Assembly: GCA_041750285.1 (NCBI GenBank) | Contig: JBGSZS010000005.1 | Span: forward strand, 1-64,000 | From: Candidatus Fermentibacteraceae bacterium | GTDB lineage: Bacteria > Fermentibacterota > Fermentibacteria > Fermentibacterales > JCC-6 | Length of the DNA stretch: 64,000 nucleotides | Direction of reading: 5' to 3' | Position numbers and translations under genes: made by a program | Shown here: one piece after another, positions 39,470 through 48,578 of the stretch | Position numbering within the stretch: the first letter of the stretch is position 1 | Layout: every line of letters starts with the position of its first letter | Notes under the pieces: model-generated | Databases searched by the model: none | What the model was told of the DNA's origin: nothing | Seen by the model: the letters and a program-made list of their open reading frames with translations, nothing else

Positions 39470-39555
39470 GCCGGGGTGGTGGAACTGGCATACACAACGG
39501 ACTTAAAATCCGTTGCCCCATGGGCATGAGGGTTCGACTCCCTTCCCCGGTACCA
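39470..39555 (+). tRNA. tRNA-Leu (TAA)
   Basis: Acceptor GCCGGGG/CCCCGGT-A-CCA, anticodon arm ACGGA-CTTAAAA-TCCGT, long variable arm, GGTTCGAC. Confidence 0.96.
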
Positions 39556-39578
39556 GGCATCTCTTCCAGGGGGGAAGA

Positions 39579-41252
39579 ATGGCTCCGGTCAGACGCCTCT
39601 CAGACTACATGATCAACCTCATCGCCGCCGGTGAGGTGGTGGAAAGACCTGCATCCGTGGTCAAGGAGCTGCTTGAGAACTCCATAGACGCCGGTGCGGG
39701 AAACATCGAGGTGGAGCTTCAGCGGGGAGGCCGCAAGGGCATCGTCATCAGGGACGACGGTGCAGGCATGAACAGGCACGACCTTCTCATGGCGGTCGAA
39801 CGCCACGCCACGAGCAAGATCAGCCTCCCGGAGGACCTTGACCGGATCGGAACCCTCGGTTTCCGCGGAGAGGCCCTGCCAAGCATCGCCGGGGTCAGCA
39901 GGATGACCATTCTCACCTCCGACGGCCACGAGGGCTGGAAACTCACCATGGCCGCGGGAGAGGTCAAGGACCTCGTTCCCGCGGCGAGAAGCCGTGGAAC
40001 GACGATCACGGTCGAGGCCCTTTTCTACAACCAGCCGGCCCGCAGGAAGTTCCTGAGTTCCGAGCCCACCGAGCTGGCATGGGTCGAAAGGATCGTCACG
40101 GGCTGCGCCCTTGCCTGCACGGATACCGCCTTCACCCTCACCCACGAGGACAAGACCATCTTCAGCCTCCCCTGCGGTGAGCCCCCTGAAGAAAGGCTTA
40201 GAAGAAGGTACTCGATCGCACCGGGTGATTCGTGCCTGACGGGCCGGGGCGAGAGCGGTTCGGTTGCGGCTACCCTGCTTGTCTTCCCCGGAAAGCTCTG
40301 GAACAGCCGCAGGAACCAGTACATCCTCGTGAACGGAAGGCTTGTTTCCTCTGCCGTCGTCTCGGGGATGGTGAACGACGCCCTCGAGGGTCCCGCGGGA
40401 AGCCCCCTCTTTCTCTGCACCCTGGAACTCCCGGCCGATTCCGTCGACGTCAACGCGCACCCCACCAAGAAGGAAGTCCGCTTCCGGGATTCGGGGGCAG
40501 TGCGCGCGGCCGTCCAGAAATGCATGCAATCCATTCCCCGGGAAAGGACCCTCGACCTGGCCTCATCATACCCGGCCGTTGCACACGCCCACCGCCCCGA
40601 CTCCCGCGGCGTTCAGGCGGCATTCGCTCTTTCGGCGCCCGCCCGGGCATTTTCCACCCCACCCGCGTCCTCCATGCCCAGTGAAGACTGGACCGACGCC
40701 GTACCCATAATGCAGGTCAACAACTCCTACCTCGTCACGGCATCGGGAACCGGCCTTCTTGTGGTGGACCAGCACGCCGCCCATGAAAGGGTTCTTTTCG
40801 AGCAGATCCTCGAATCGATGCAGGGAGCGGAGGCAGGGGGGAGGCAGCTGCTGCTGCTTCCCGAGGCGCTCGAGCTCGACACCGAGGGGCTTGCCCTGGC
40901 GGAGCTGTACGGCCCTCTCATCGTTCAGGCGGGCTTCGACATGAGGATCACGGGAAACAGGCTCGAGATCCTTTCGGTCCCCGTGGGGGTTCACCGCGGG
41001 GCCGAAGCCGTTCGGGAAGTGCTTGCCTGCTTCGCTTCCGGCGCCGACGCCTCACTTTCACAGCAGGAGGTCCTGGCCGCGGCAACAGCCTGCAAGGGTT
41101 CGGTGACATTCGGTCAAAGGCTCGGCCGCGAGGAGATCAGAACTCTCTTCCACAGGCTTTTCGCCACCTCCGACCCCTTTCACTGCCCGCACGGAAGGCC
41201 GACCCTCGTCGAGATAACCTTCGAGGAACTGGAGAAGCGATTTGGCAGGTGA
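39579..41252 (+). CDS. mutL: DNA mismatch repair endonuclease MutL
   Basis: IAAGEVVERPASVVKELLENS, GFRGEAL, DVNAHPTK, DQHAAHER, CPHGRP. Confidence 0.96.
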   Translation: MAPVRRLSDYMINLIAAGEVVERPASVVKELLENSIDAGAGNIEVELQRGGRKGIVIRDDGAGMNRHDLLMAVERHATSKISLPEDLDRIGTLGFRGEALPSIAGVSRMTILTSDGHEGWKLTMAAGEVKDLVPAARSRGTTITVEALFYNQPARRKFLSSEPTELAWVERIVTGCALACTDTAFTLTHEDKTIFSLPCGEPPEERLRRRYSIAPGDSCLTGRGESGSVAATLLVFPGKLWNSRRNQYILVNGRLVSSAVVSGMVNDALEGPAGSPLFLCTLELPADSVDVNAHPTKKEVRFRDSGAVRAAVQKCMQSIPRERTLDLASSYPAVAHAHRPDSRGVQAAFALSAPARAFSTPPASSMPSEDWTDAVPIMQVNNSYLVTASGTGLLVVDQHAAHERVLFEQILESMQGAEAGGRQLLLLPEALELDTEGLALAELYGPLIVQAGFDMRITGNRLEILSVPVGVHRGAEAVREVLACFASGADASLSQQEVLAAATACKGSVTFGQRLGREEIRTLFHRLFATSDPFHCPHGRPTLVEITFEELEKRFGR

Positions 41253-42153
41253 CCGCATACCCGTTCTGGTTGGATGCACCGCCTCGGGGAAAAGCGCGGC
41301 GGCCATGGCGTTCGCACTTGGCCACACCGGGGTCGAGATCGTGAACGGCGATTCCCGGCAACTCTACAGGGGAATGGACATCGGCACCGCCAAACCCGGC
41401 GCCGAAGAGCGCGCGATGGTTCCCCATCACCTTCTCGACGTCGCCGACCCCGACACCATTCTGTCCGCGGGATGGTACGCCCGGCGGGCGCGGGAGACAC
41501 TGGATGACATAGCGGGCAGGGGAGGACGTCCCCTGATAGTAGGGGGAAGCGCCCTGTACCTTATGGCCCTGGCCGGCATGACCGACCCCCTTCCATCACG
41601 GAACGACGACATGAGAAGCGCCCTCACAGATCTCGAAAAAAGCTCTCCGGGAGCCCTTTACCGCATCCTCCGCTCACTGGACCCGGAAACCTCCGTGGCG
41701 CCCACTGACACGGTGCGGCTGCTCCGCTCACTCGAGATCTGCCTTCAGAGCGGTTCAAGGGCCTCCGATCTCAGGCAGGGAGGCAACGTTTCGGACTCGT
41801 ACATGTTCGTCATGCTCGAGTCCGAAGCCGTAACCCTGCGCACCCGCATCGACCGGAGGGTTGAACTGATGGCGGGGAACGGGCTGCTCGCCGAGGTCGA
41901 GGGGCTCGTGAGGGCCGGTTACGGCCGTGAGCCGGTGCTTGGCCACACCATAGGCTACCGTGAGATGCTCGATCACATGGACGGCCTTTGTTCGCTCGAG
42001 GAAGCCGTCAACGCGATCAAAACGAACACCTGGCGTTACGCCAGGCGTCAAAGGAACATGTTCAAAAGGCTGCCCGGACTTCTGCGGGTCGGATCACCGG
42101 AAGCGGCAACAGCTCTACTGGATGGGAGAGGGGCCGATGGAAAGGGAAAATGA
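41242..42153 (+). CDS. miaA: tRNA dimethylallyltransferase
   Basis: GCTASGKS, DSRQLYRGMDIGTAKP, PHHLLD, IGYRE, YARRQ. Confidence 0.95.
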   Translation: MAGDRIPVLVGCTASGKSAAAMAFALGHTGVEIVNGDSRQLYRGMDIGTAKPGAEERAMVPHHLLDVADPDTILSAGWYARRARETLDDIAGRGGRPLIVGGSALYLMALAGMTDPLPSRNDDMRSALTDLEKSSPGALYRILRSLDPETSVAPTDTVRLLRSLEICLQSGSRASDLRQGGNVSDSYMFVMLESEAVTLRTRIDRRVELMAGNGLLAEVEGLVRAGYGREPVLGHTIGYREMLDHMDGLCSLEEAVNAIKTNTWRYARRQRNMFKRLPGLLRVGSPEAATALLDGRGADGKGK

Positions 42154-43309
42154 CAGGGCTCTTGAGCACCTTCCTCTCGAGGAGGTGAAGCTTTCCGACA
42201 TTTACGTGACACCCGCCCCGGCCACCTGGGTCTTCTCGCAGGAGAACGAAGGTCCCCAGCCTCCCCCCGTTCTCGTCGAGCAGGACCGGGGGCTGGTGCT
42301 GGTGGGCAACCATCGCACGTTCTGGCGTGCGGCCGCCATGAATCGCTCAACCATCCGCTGTCTTGTTGTGAGAAGCGCTGTTCAGGTTGGTCCGGCCCAC
42401 GAGTCGATAAGCAATGCCGCTGAGGAGCCGCTGCTTTTCCAGGGTCTGCTCAGGGCGGGTATTATCGAAAACCGCAGCCGGCTCGCGGACATGCTCGGCT
42501 TTTCCAGGGCAAGGGTGACGCAGGTCCTCAACCTTCTCAAACTGCCCGAAGAACTCAGACGGGAGGTCCTGGCCGACGACTCTATCACCGAGTACCAGCT
42601 TCGTCCACTGATAAGGCTTGAGAGCGCCGATCGTCAGATCTCGATGTTCCGTGAACTTTTGAGCAGAAAACTCACCGGAAGGCAGATGGCCCTCTTCGCC
42701 GAGACTTCCACCGTCCACGAGGCCCCCGGGCCGGCCGATACCCCGCCTGTCAAGGAGGCCGCGACCACAAGGGAGGAACTCGAGGCCGTATTCTCGGAAC
42801 TCCCCCAGCCCCCGAAGAAGGAGGAGAAGGCACCGGTCAGGACCCCGAAGGATACCCCCGCGCCAAGGTTCACCGCCGTCGACGACACCCCTGCGGGCAA
42901 CATCCTTCAACTCCTTTCGGGGCTCGGAACCCTCAGGGAACCCGGATGGAAGGCCGCGGCCGCCGAAGCCGGCGCCGACCAGCTCGACATGCGGTTCCTC
43001 GAAGGGGTCTCACTGCTTCGCAGGGGGCTTTTCACCGCCGCGATGGACACGCTCAGCGAAGTCATACGCCGGTCACCCGACTACAGCGCGGCATGGTTCT
43101 TCATGGGCAAGTGTGCGAACCTGACGGGCGCCCTCAACGACGCCGAGGACTATCTGCGGAACGCGGTGGAGAGGGATCCGAACCAACCGGATTTCCACAT
43201 GGAACTGGCCGTTGTCCTCGAGAAACAGAAGCGCGACACCGAAGCCCTCTCATTGTTCCGCAAAGCCAACGCCCTTCGAAAGGCCATGCGCAGGAATGAA
43301 AAAGCTTAG
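42137..43309 (+). CDS. degenerate ParB-like N-domain + ParB-type HTH + TPR protein
   Basis: LVLVGNHRTFWRAA, RLADMLGFSRARVTQVLNLLKLPEEL, Pro-rich linker, about 3 TPRs. Confidence 0.65.
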   Translation: MERENDRALEHLPLEEVKLSDIYVTPAPATWVFSQENEGPQPPPVLVEQDRGLVLVGNHRTFWRAAAMNRSTIRCLVVRSAVQVGPAHESISNAAEEPLLFQGLLRAGIIENRSRLADMLGFSRARVTQVLNLLKLPEELRREVLADDSITEYQLRPLIRLESADRQISMFRELLSRKLTGRQMALFAETSTVHEAPGPADTPPVKEAATTREELEAVFSELPQPPKKEEKAPVRTPKDTPAPRFTAVDDTPAGNILQLLSGLGTLREPGWKAAAAEAGADQLDMRFLEGVSLLRRGLFTAAMDTLSEVIRRSPDYSAAWFFMGKCANLTGALNDAEDYLRNAVERDPNQPDFHMELAVVLEKQKRDTEALSLFRKANALRKAMRRNEKA

Positions 43310-44879
43310 CGCGGCGCTGCCCCTGATCCTTGCTTCATGCGCAAGGGTGGTCGCGCCGGCAGGGGGTCCGCTCGATACCGAGCCTCCGCTGTTCCTCGGA
43401 AGCACGCCTCCCGCTGGTCTTGCGGATCATCTGCCGCAGAGGGTTGTTCTGGAGTGGAGCGAGCGCATCGAACCCTTCAGCGCCGTTCCGCTCATCTTCC
43501 CCGATGTGCCGCACTCGGTCGTCTTCGGGGGCAGGACCATGCAGATCACAATCGATTCACCGCCCCCGGGCGCCATGCTGACACTGCTCCTTCCCGGAGG
43601 TCTCTCCGACACCAGGGGCAACGGCTCCCCCGAACCACTGAACCTGGTCTGGACGACCGCGGATACGGCTTCGACCTCGAAGCTCACGTTCCAGGCGTCA
43701 CTTCAGGGGGGCGGGGAAGCCCCGCCTGCGGCGGTTGTCAGGCTTCAGTCCCTTCCGGACACAACGGTCTTCACCCGGGGGGCATTCCCCGACACTCTCG
43801 GGTACGGAGAGATCCCGTGGCTTGCACCGGGGGATTACCGCATCCTGGTGTTCGATGACCGCGACGGCAGCAGGACCTGGGAAGACCAGAACGAACCGGG
43901 TGTGGCCTCCGAGTTCACCCTCGAGCCGGGGGCCGGGCTTCATCTCGACCTCGTGATGGCCGTCGTCGATTCCGTGGGTCCCTCCATTTCCGACGCCAGC
44001 GCCCTCAATACCCACCAGATCCTCCTTGAATGGAACGAGGAGCTTTCCCGGACTGTCCCCGCCCCTGATCACTTCCGGATCAATGCGGCCGGGGAGGGGG
44101 AGGTCGAGCTCCTTGGTGTCTCGCACATGCCGGGAAGAACCAGGGGAAGGCTTCTGCTGCACACGGGGGGCATGCCCGACACGCTCATCACGCTCCATGC
44201 ATCGGGTGTTTCCGACCTGATGGGAAACAATTCCCGTCCCGACAGCATCTCCTTCTGGGGCACCGACACACTCCCTTCCGAGGAGTTCACCGTGGTCTCC
44301 GTCTTTCCCGCGGACGGACTTTCCGATGTCAACCCCGCCGGACCCTACTCGATCACCCTCAACGCCTGGGTTCCGCTCGACAGCCTTGCCTCCCGCTGGT
44401 CCATAACCAGGGTGTCCGACAGCACAAGGGTCGAGGGCACCTGGAGCCGGCCCGACGCAGTCACCTTCCTTTTCACGCCGGACCAGCACCTCAGCGGCCA
44501 GAGGCAGCACCGGGTCGATCTCGCACCCGGTCTTGCGACCCTCTGGGGCGACTCGCTGCCGGCGCAGTCCTGGGTCTTCTCCACGGCATGGAGCACGCTG
44601 CCGGGTTCGGTGCAGGGCACGCTGTCGGGAACGGGACGCGAGACCACTCTCGTCCTCACCCCTGCGGGAGGGGAGGGGCAGACCAGAACCGAAACACTGG
44701 CACCGGGACCCTACACCCTCGATGCGGTTCCCGGCGGCCGTTACACCCTGGCGGCCTTCGTCGACACGAACGGCAACGGTTCCTGGGACACGGGAGAACC
44801 CTACGGAGCCTGGCCCGGAGTGCTCGAAGTCTTTCCGGGATTTCCGACGCTGGAGGTCAACATTGCTGTTCTGCCCTGA
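43296..44879 (+). CDS. Ig-like (Big_5) domain lipoprotein
   Basis: Lipobox LASC followed by A...PAGGPLDTEPP; repeated Ig-like units; Dx[D/N]xxxxW loops (DDRDGSRTW, DTNGNGSWD). Confidence 0.75.
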   Translation: MKKLSAALPLILASCARVVAPAGGPLDTEPPLFLGSTPPAGLADHLPQRVVLEWSERIEPFSAVPLIFPDVPHSVVFGGRTMQITIDSPPPGAMLTLLLPGGLSDTRGNGSPEPLNLVWTTADTASTSKLTFQASLQGGGEAPPAAVVRLQSLPDTTVFTRGAFPDTLGYGEIPWLAPGDYRILVFDDRDGSRTWEDQNEPGVASEFTLEPGAGLHLDLVMAVVDSVGPSISDASALNTHQILLEWNEELSRTVPAPDHFRINAAGEGEVELLGVSHMPGRTRGRLLLHTGGMPDTLITLHASGVSDLMGNNSRPDSISFWGTDTLPSEEFTVVSVFPADGLSDVNPAGPYSITLNAWVPLDSLASRWSITRVSDSTRVEGTWSRPDAVTFLFTPDQHLSGQRQHRVDLAPGLATLWGDSLPAQSWVFSTAWSTLPGSVQGTLSGTGRETTLVLTPAGGEGQTRTETLAPGPYTLDAVPGGRYTLAAFVDTNGNGSWDTGEPYGAWPGVLEVFPGFPTLEVNIAVLP

Positions 44880-45639
44880 GAAGAGTTTCATGCCCGGGAC
44901 ATGCACCGGCTGCGGGACATGTTCGAAGGTCTGTCCGTCCCGCGCGGTCGTTACCGGCCCCGACAGGAAGGTCACAGGTTTTCTGAAGACCTGCATCGGC
45001 TGTGGCCATTGCGCAGCCTACTGCCCTGCAAACTCCTTCGGCCTCGAAAGCCCCGTTCGCCGCGGTTCCTCACCGGAAGACCTCATGGCGCTTTTCCGGT
45101 CGAGAAGGAGCTGCAGGCTCTTCCTGCCCGAACCGCTCCCGGATGAAAGACTGAAGCAGCTGCTCGAACCGGTCGGCTTCGCTCCCACGGGAACCAACTC
45201 GCAGGGAGTCGCCGTCGTTGCGGTCAGGGGCGTCGAGGCCATCCAGGAACTGGCGGTGAAGCCCGTCAGGAGGTTCCTGCGCCCGTTCGCCGGGCTTGCG
45301 AAGCGTTCCGCGTACAGCGGGTACATCGGGGATTTCATGGGCGGAGGCGATCCCATAACTCACAGGGCGCCCTGCCTTCTTCTCTTCTTCGTTCCCCGGA
45401 AGAACACCACACCCCGTGAGGACGGGGTGATTGCTGCCACCATGGTTGGCCTGAACGCCGAGGCCATGGGGTTGGGATGCCTCTGGAACGGAGTATTGAA
45501 GGCCCTTTATCCGTTCCTTACGGGGCTTCGGAAGTTGAGACCGGGGGGAACGGCCCTGAGAGCCGTCCTGTGCGTTGGCGAAAGAAGGCTCGCCCCCCTT
45601 CGTGAGGTTCCCGGGAGAGACTGGAAGACATTACCGTAA
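44863..45639 (+). CDS. nitroreductase with N-terminal 2x[4Fe-4S] ferredoxin domain
   Basis: CTGCGTCSKVCP, CIGCGHCAAYCP, RSRRSCR, APTGTNSQ, GLGCLWNG; TTG 44863 after GGAGG (or ATG 44890). Confidence 0.88.
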   Translation: MLFCPEKSFMPGTCTGCGTCSKVCPSRAVVTGPDRKVTGFLKTCIGCGHCAAYCPANSFGLESPVRRGSSPEDLMALFRSRRSCRLFLPEPLPDERLKQLLEPVGFAPTGTNSQGVAVVAVRGVEAIQELAVKPVRRFLRPFAGLAKRSAYSGYIGDFMGGGDPITHRAPCLLLFFVPRKNTTPREDGVIAATMVGLNAEAMGLGCLWNGVLKALYPFLTGLRKLRPGGTALRAVLCVGERRLAPLREVPGRDWKTLP

Positions 45640-45663
45640 ACCACTGAGGCAGAAGGGGAGAAC

Positions 45664-47106
45664 ATGCTGGCCAGATACATCGCGGTGGGCTGCTACACTG
45701 TTTTCATCGTAGTGATCGGGCTTCTGGGGCACAGAAGGACCAAGAACTTCAACGACTACCTCCTCGGGGGAGGGAAGGTGGGTCCCTGGATGACCGCCTT
45801 CTCCTACGGGACCGCATACTTCTCCGCCGTGCTCTTCATCGGGTTCGCCGGAAGCATCGGCTGGGGTTTCGGGCTTTCCGGGCTGTGGGTCGCCCTGGGC
45901 AACTCCATCATCGGGGTGCTCGGGGTCTGGCTGCTTCTGGGCAACCGGATCAAGCAGGCCGCAGTCAGGTACGACGTCTACACCATGCCGGGCTTCCTCG
46001 AGGCCAGGTTCGGCTCCCGCGCGATCAAGGTGTTCACCTCGATCGCCATCTTCGTTTTCATGATCCCCTACACCGCCGCGGTCTTCATGGGCCTCAGCTA
46101 CCTCTTCGAGGTCACCTTCTCGCTGCCCTACTTCTGGGTGCTTCTCTTCATGGGGGTCTTCACGGGGGTGTACCTCGTTCTCGGGGGCTACAAGTCCATG
46201 TCCATGATCGACGTCTTCTTCGGAATGATCATGACGGTGGGCGTCATCGTGCTTCTGGTCTTCACTCTGAGAAGCGGCGGGGGACTGGGGAGCATCGTCG
46301 AAAACCTCAGGGGCATCGACGCAAGGCTGGCCTCGCCGGTGGGACCTCCCGGGGTCATTCCCCTCATCTCGCTGGTTTTCCTGACAAGCATTGCGCCCTT
46401 CGCGATGCCCCAGCTCGTGCAGAAGTTCTACGCGGTCAAGGATAAAAGGGCAGTGAAAATAGGCATGACGGCATCCACGGTCTTCGCGCTGCTTGTAACG
46501 GGCACCGCCTACTTCGTGGGTTCCCTCACCAGGCTCTTCCTCTCACCCGCGGCAAACCCCGCCGCCTTTACGGCGGCCGGCGCGCCCAACTTCGACGCAC
46601 TCATGCCTGAAATGCTGTCAACTGTCGTTCCCCCGGCACTTTCCGTGGTGATCCTCCTTCTGATCCTCTCCGCTTCAATGTCCACTCTCGCTGCCCTTGT
46701 ACTCATCTCCAGCTCGACGCTCACCGTCGACTTCTACAGGGGCATGGTGAAGCCCGGAGCCAGCGACAGGACCCTCACCGGCCTGATGAGGTTCGGAAGC
46801 GCGTTCTTCATCCTTCTTTCGATGCTTCTGGCGCTGCTCAGGCCCGCGGTGATAGTCACGATACTCTCCATATCATGGGGCGCCATTGCGTCGGTCTTCC
46901 TCGGACCCTTCATCTGGGGCATACTGGGCGAGCGCATCACCAGGGCGGGCGCACTCGCCTCATCGTTCCTTGGTCTTTTCACCTGCATGACCCTGTTCGT
47001 GGTCCTCGGCCCAGGGAAAACCCCCATGGCCGGCTCGCTCGGCATGGTGGTGTCACTCCTCGTCCCGGCCCTCTTCCTGCCGTTCACCAGGAGGAGGGCG
47101 GCATAG
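45664..47106 (+). CDS. sodium:solute symporter family protein
   Basis: DYLLGG, FLEARFGS, PQLVQKFY, SASMST; about 13 TM helices. Confidence 0.92.
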   Translation: MLARYIAVGCYTVFIVVIGLLGHRRTKNFNDYLLGGGKVGPWMTAFSYGTAYFSAVLFIGFAGSIGWGFGLSGLWVALGNSIIGVLGVWLLLGNRIKQAAVRYDVYTMPGFLEARFGSRAIKVFTSIAIFVFMIPYTAAVFMGLSYLFEVTFSLPYFWVLLFMGVFTGVYLVLGGYKSMSMIDVFFGMIMTVGVIVLLVFTLRSGGGLGSIVENLRGIDARLASPVGPPGVIPLISLVFLTSIAPFAMPQLVQKFYAVKDKRAVKIGMTASTVFALLVTGTAYFVGSLTRLFLSPAANPAAFTAAGAPNFDALMPEMLSTVVPPALSVVILLLILSASMSTLAALVLISSSTLTVDFYRGMVKPGASDRTLTGLMRFGSAFFILLSMLLALLRPAVIVTILSISWGAIASVFLGPFIWGILGERITRAGALASSFLGLFTCMTLFVVLGPGKTPMAGSLGMVVSLLVPALFLPFTRRRAA

Positions 47107-47830
47107 AACCGGGGGCATCACTGGAACGGCTCGGCAACCCGGAGAAGGCGAAAACCTTCCAGCGCTTCTTCAGGACCGGGCCGGGTCAGTACGGCGAGGG
47201 TGACGTCTTCAGGGGCATATCGGTGCCCGTTCTGAGGGACCTTGCGAAACGCCACAGGGACCTGCCCGCAGAAGAGGCCGGGCAGCTTCTTGATTCACGT
47301 TTTCACGAGGACAGGCTTCTTGCCCTGTTCATACTCATCGGCCATTTCAAGCGCGGGGGAGCACGGCAAAAGGCCGGCATCTTCGACCTCTACCTCAGCA
47401 AAACGAACCGGATCAACAACTGGGACCTGGTGGACGCCTCCGCCGAACACATACCCGGCGCGTTCCTGTGTGGGACAGGGACCGTGCCCCCCTGCATTCG
47501 CTTTCACGCTCGGAAAGCCTGTGGGAACGCAGGATCTCCATAATCGCAACCTTTCATTTCATCAGGAGGGGCGATTTTGCAGATACCCTGGCCATATCTG
47601 AGAACCTGCTTGCGGACAGGGAGGACCTGATCCACAAGGCCGTGGGCTGGATGCTCAGGGAGGTGGGGAAGAGGAGCATGGAGGCGGAGGAGGCCTTTCT
47701 GAACGAGCACTGCCGAACCATGCCCCGCACGATGCTGCGCTACGCCATCGAGAAGTTCCCGGAAGGGCTGCGGCAGGAATACCTGAAAGCGAAGGAATCG
47801 CAGAGGGGTGCACGATGCACTGGTGCATGA
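47103..47830 (+). pseudogene. frameshifted DNA alkylation repair protein (AlkD-like)
   Basis: N-half (FFRTGPGQYGEGDVF.G, NNWDLVD) and C-half (SLWERR, DLIHKAVGWMLREVGK, MPRTMLRYAIEK) lie in different frames, joined at TGTGTG 47467-47472; no ATG start. Confidence 0.8.
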
Positions 47831-48435
47831 TCGAGCTCACGATCAAGTGCCCGCGCTGCGACGCTTCAGTCCACGTCGACGCCCCCCGTCAGAGCTTGCT
47901 GTGCGGCAAGTGCATGTCGGAGATCGATTTTCCCGTCGAAGTCTGGCGGGACACCCTCAGTGGGGCGCTGTCGGGCGTAAAGCACCTGAAGACGGGGGAG
48001 GGGAACCAGAGCACCATCTTCGGCCATTTCAACATGAGCCTTCTCTACGGCAAGCTCGTTCCGTACTGCCCGGACTGCAAGCGTGACTTCGATCCCGAGG
48101 GCGACAGGGAAGGCGGTCACCTCAAATGCAGGGACTGCGGGAGCGTCATGGCGATACGTGAGGCGCCCCCGTGGTTCAGGGAGGCTGTTCCAAGGGCAGG
48201 GCTCGTTGCAGGGGGAACTCCTGAGGGAAAGGCTCAGGGGTCCCATGGTATCGACAACCCTTCGGGGGGCGCGGTGGCCCTGAGCTGCCCGAAGTGCGCG
48301 GCCTCCCTTCTCATCGACGGAAGGGAAAGGCTCGTGCCCTGCGGTTACTGCAACACAAGGGTGTACCTGCCCGACGACCTCTGGCTGAGGCTTCACCCCG
48401 CGAACATGAAAACCCGCTGGTTCATCGGTTTCTGA
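47815..48435 (+). CDS. multi zinc-ribbon protein (6 CxxC)
   Basis: CPRC/CGKC, CPDC/CRDC, CPKC/CGYC; GAGGGG upstream. Confidence 0.75.
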   Translation: MHWCMIELTIKCPRCDASVHVDAPRQSLLCGKCMSEIDFPVEVWRDTLSGALSGVKHLKTGEGNQSTIFGHFNMSLLYGKLVPYCPDCKRDFDPEGDREGGHLKCRDCGSVMAIREAPPWFREAVPRAGLVAGGTPEGKAQGSHGIDNPSGGAVALSCPKCAASLLIDGRERLVPCGYCNTRVYLPDDLWLRLHPANMKTRWFIGF

Positions 48436-48436
48436 G

Positions 48437-48487
48437 AAAAAAACTAATCCGTCAGCTTCACGAACAGGGTGCCCAGCGTCCGTGAAG
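48437..48487 (-). terminator. probable intrinsic terminator (hairpins + U7 on minus strand)
   Basis: Minus strand: CTTCACGGAC..GTTCGTGAAG stem, then CTGA-CGGA-TTAG and TTTTTTT; lies between convergent genes. Confidence 0.5.
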
Positions 48488-48578
48488 GCGCGCTTGGTAC
48501 CGCCACGCAAACCCCGGCGGGAATAGTGTTTCCTTCTCGCGCAGGAAGAGGGTATGCAGATGTCACAGGAAGAGCTCC

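Noticed and set aside
39470..39580. tRNA-Leu as an integration site
   Set aside because: mutL follows within 24 bp; no integrase, 3'-end duplicate or composition shift was seen.
48456..48487. TTCACG...CGTGAA as a parS site for the ParB-like protein
   Set aside because: The half-sites are 18 nt apart; parS is a contiguous 16-bp palindrome.
48494..48520. TGGTACCGC as a T-box antiterminator, or ykkC-like riboswitch fragments
   Set aside because: The flanking helix does not pair properly, there is no stem I, and no gene lies downstream on that strand.
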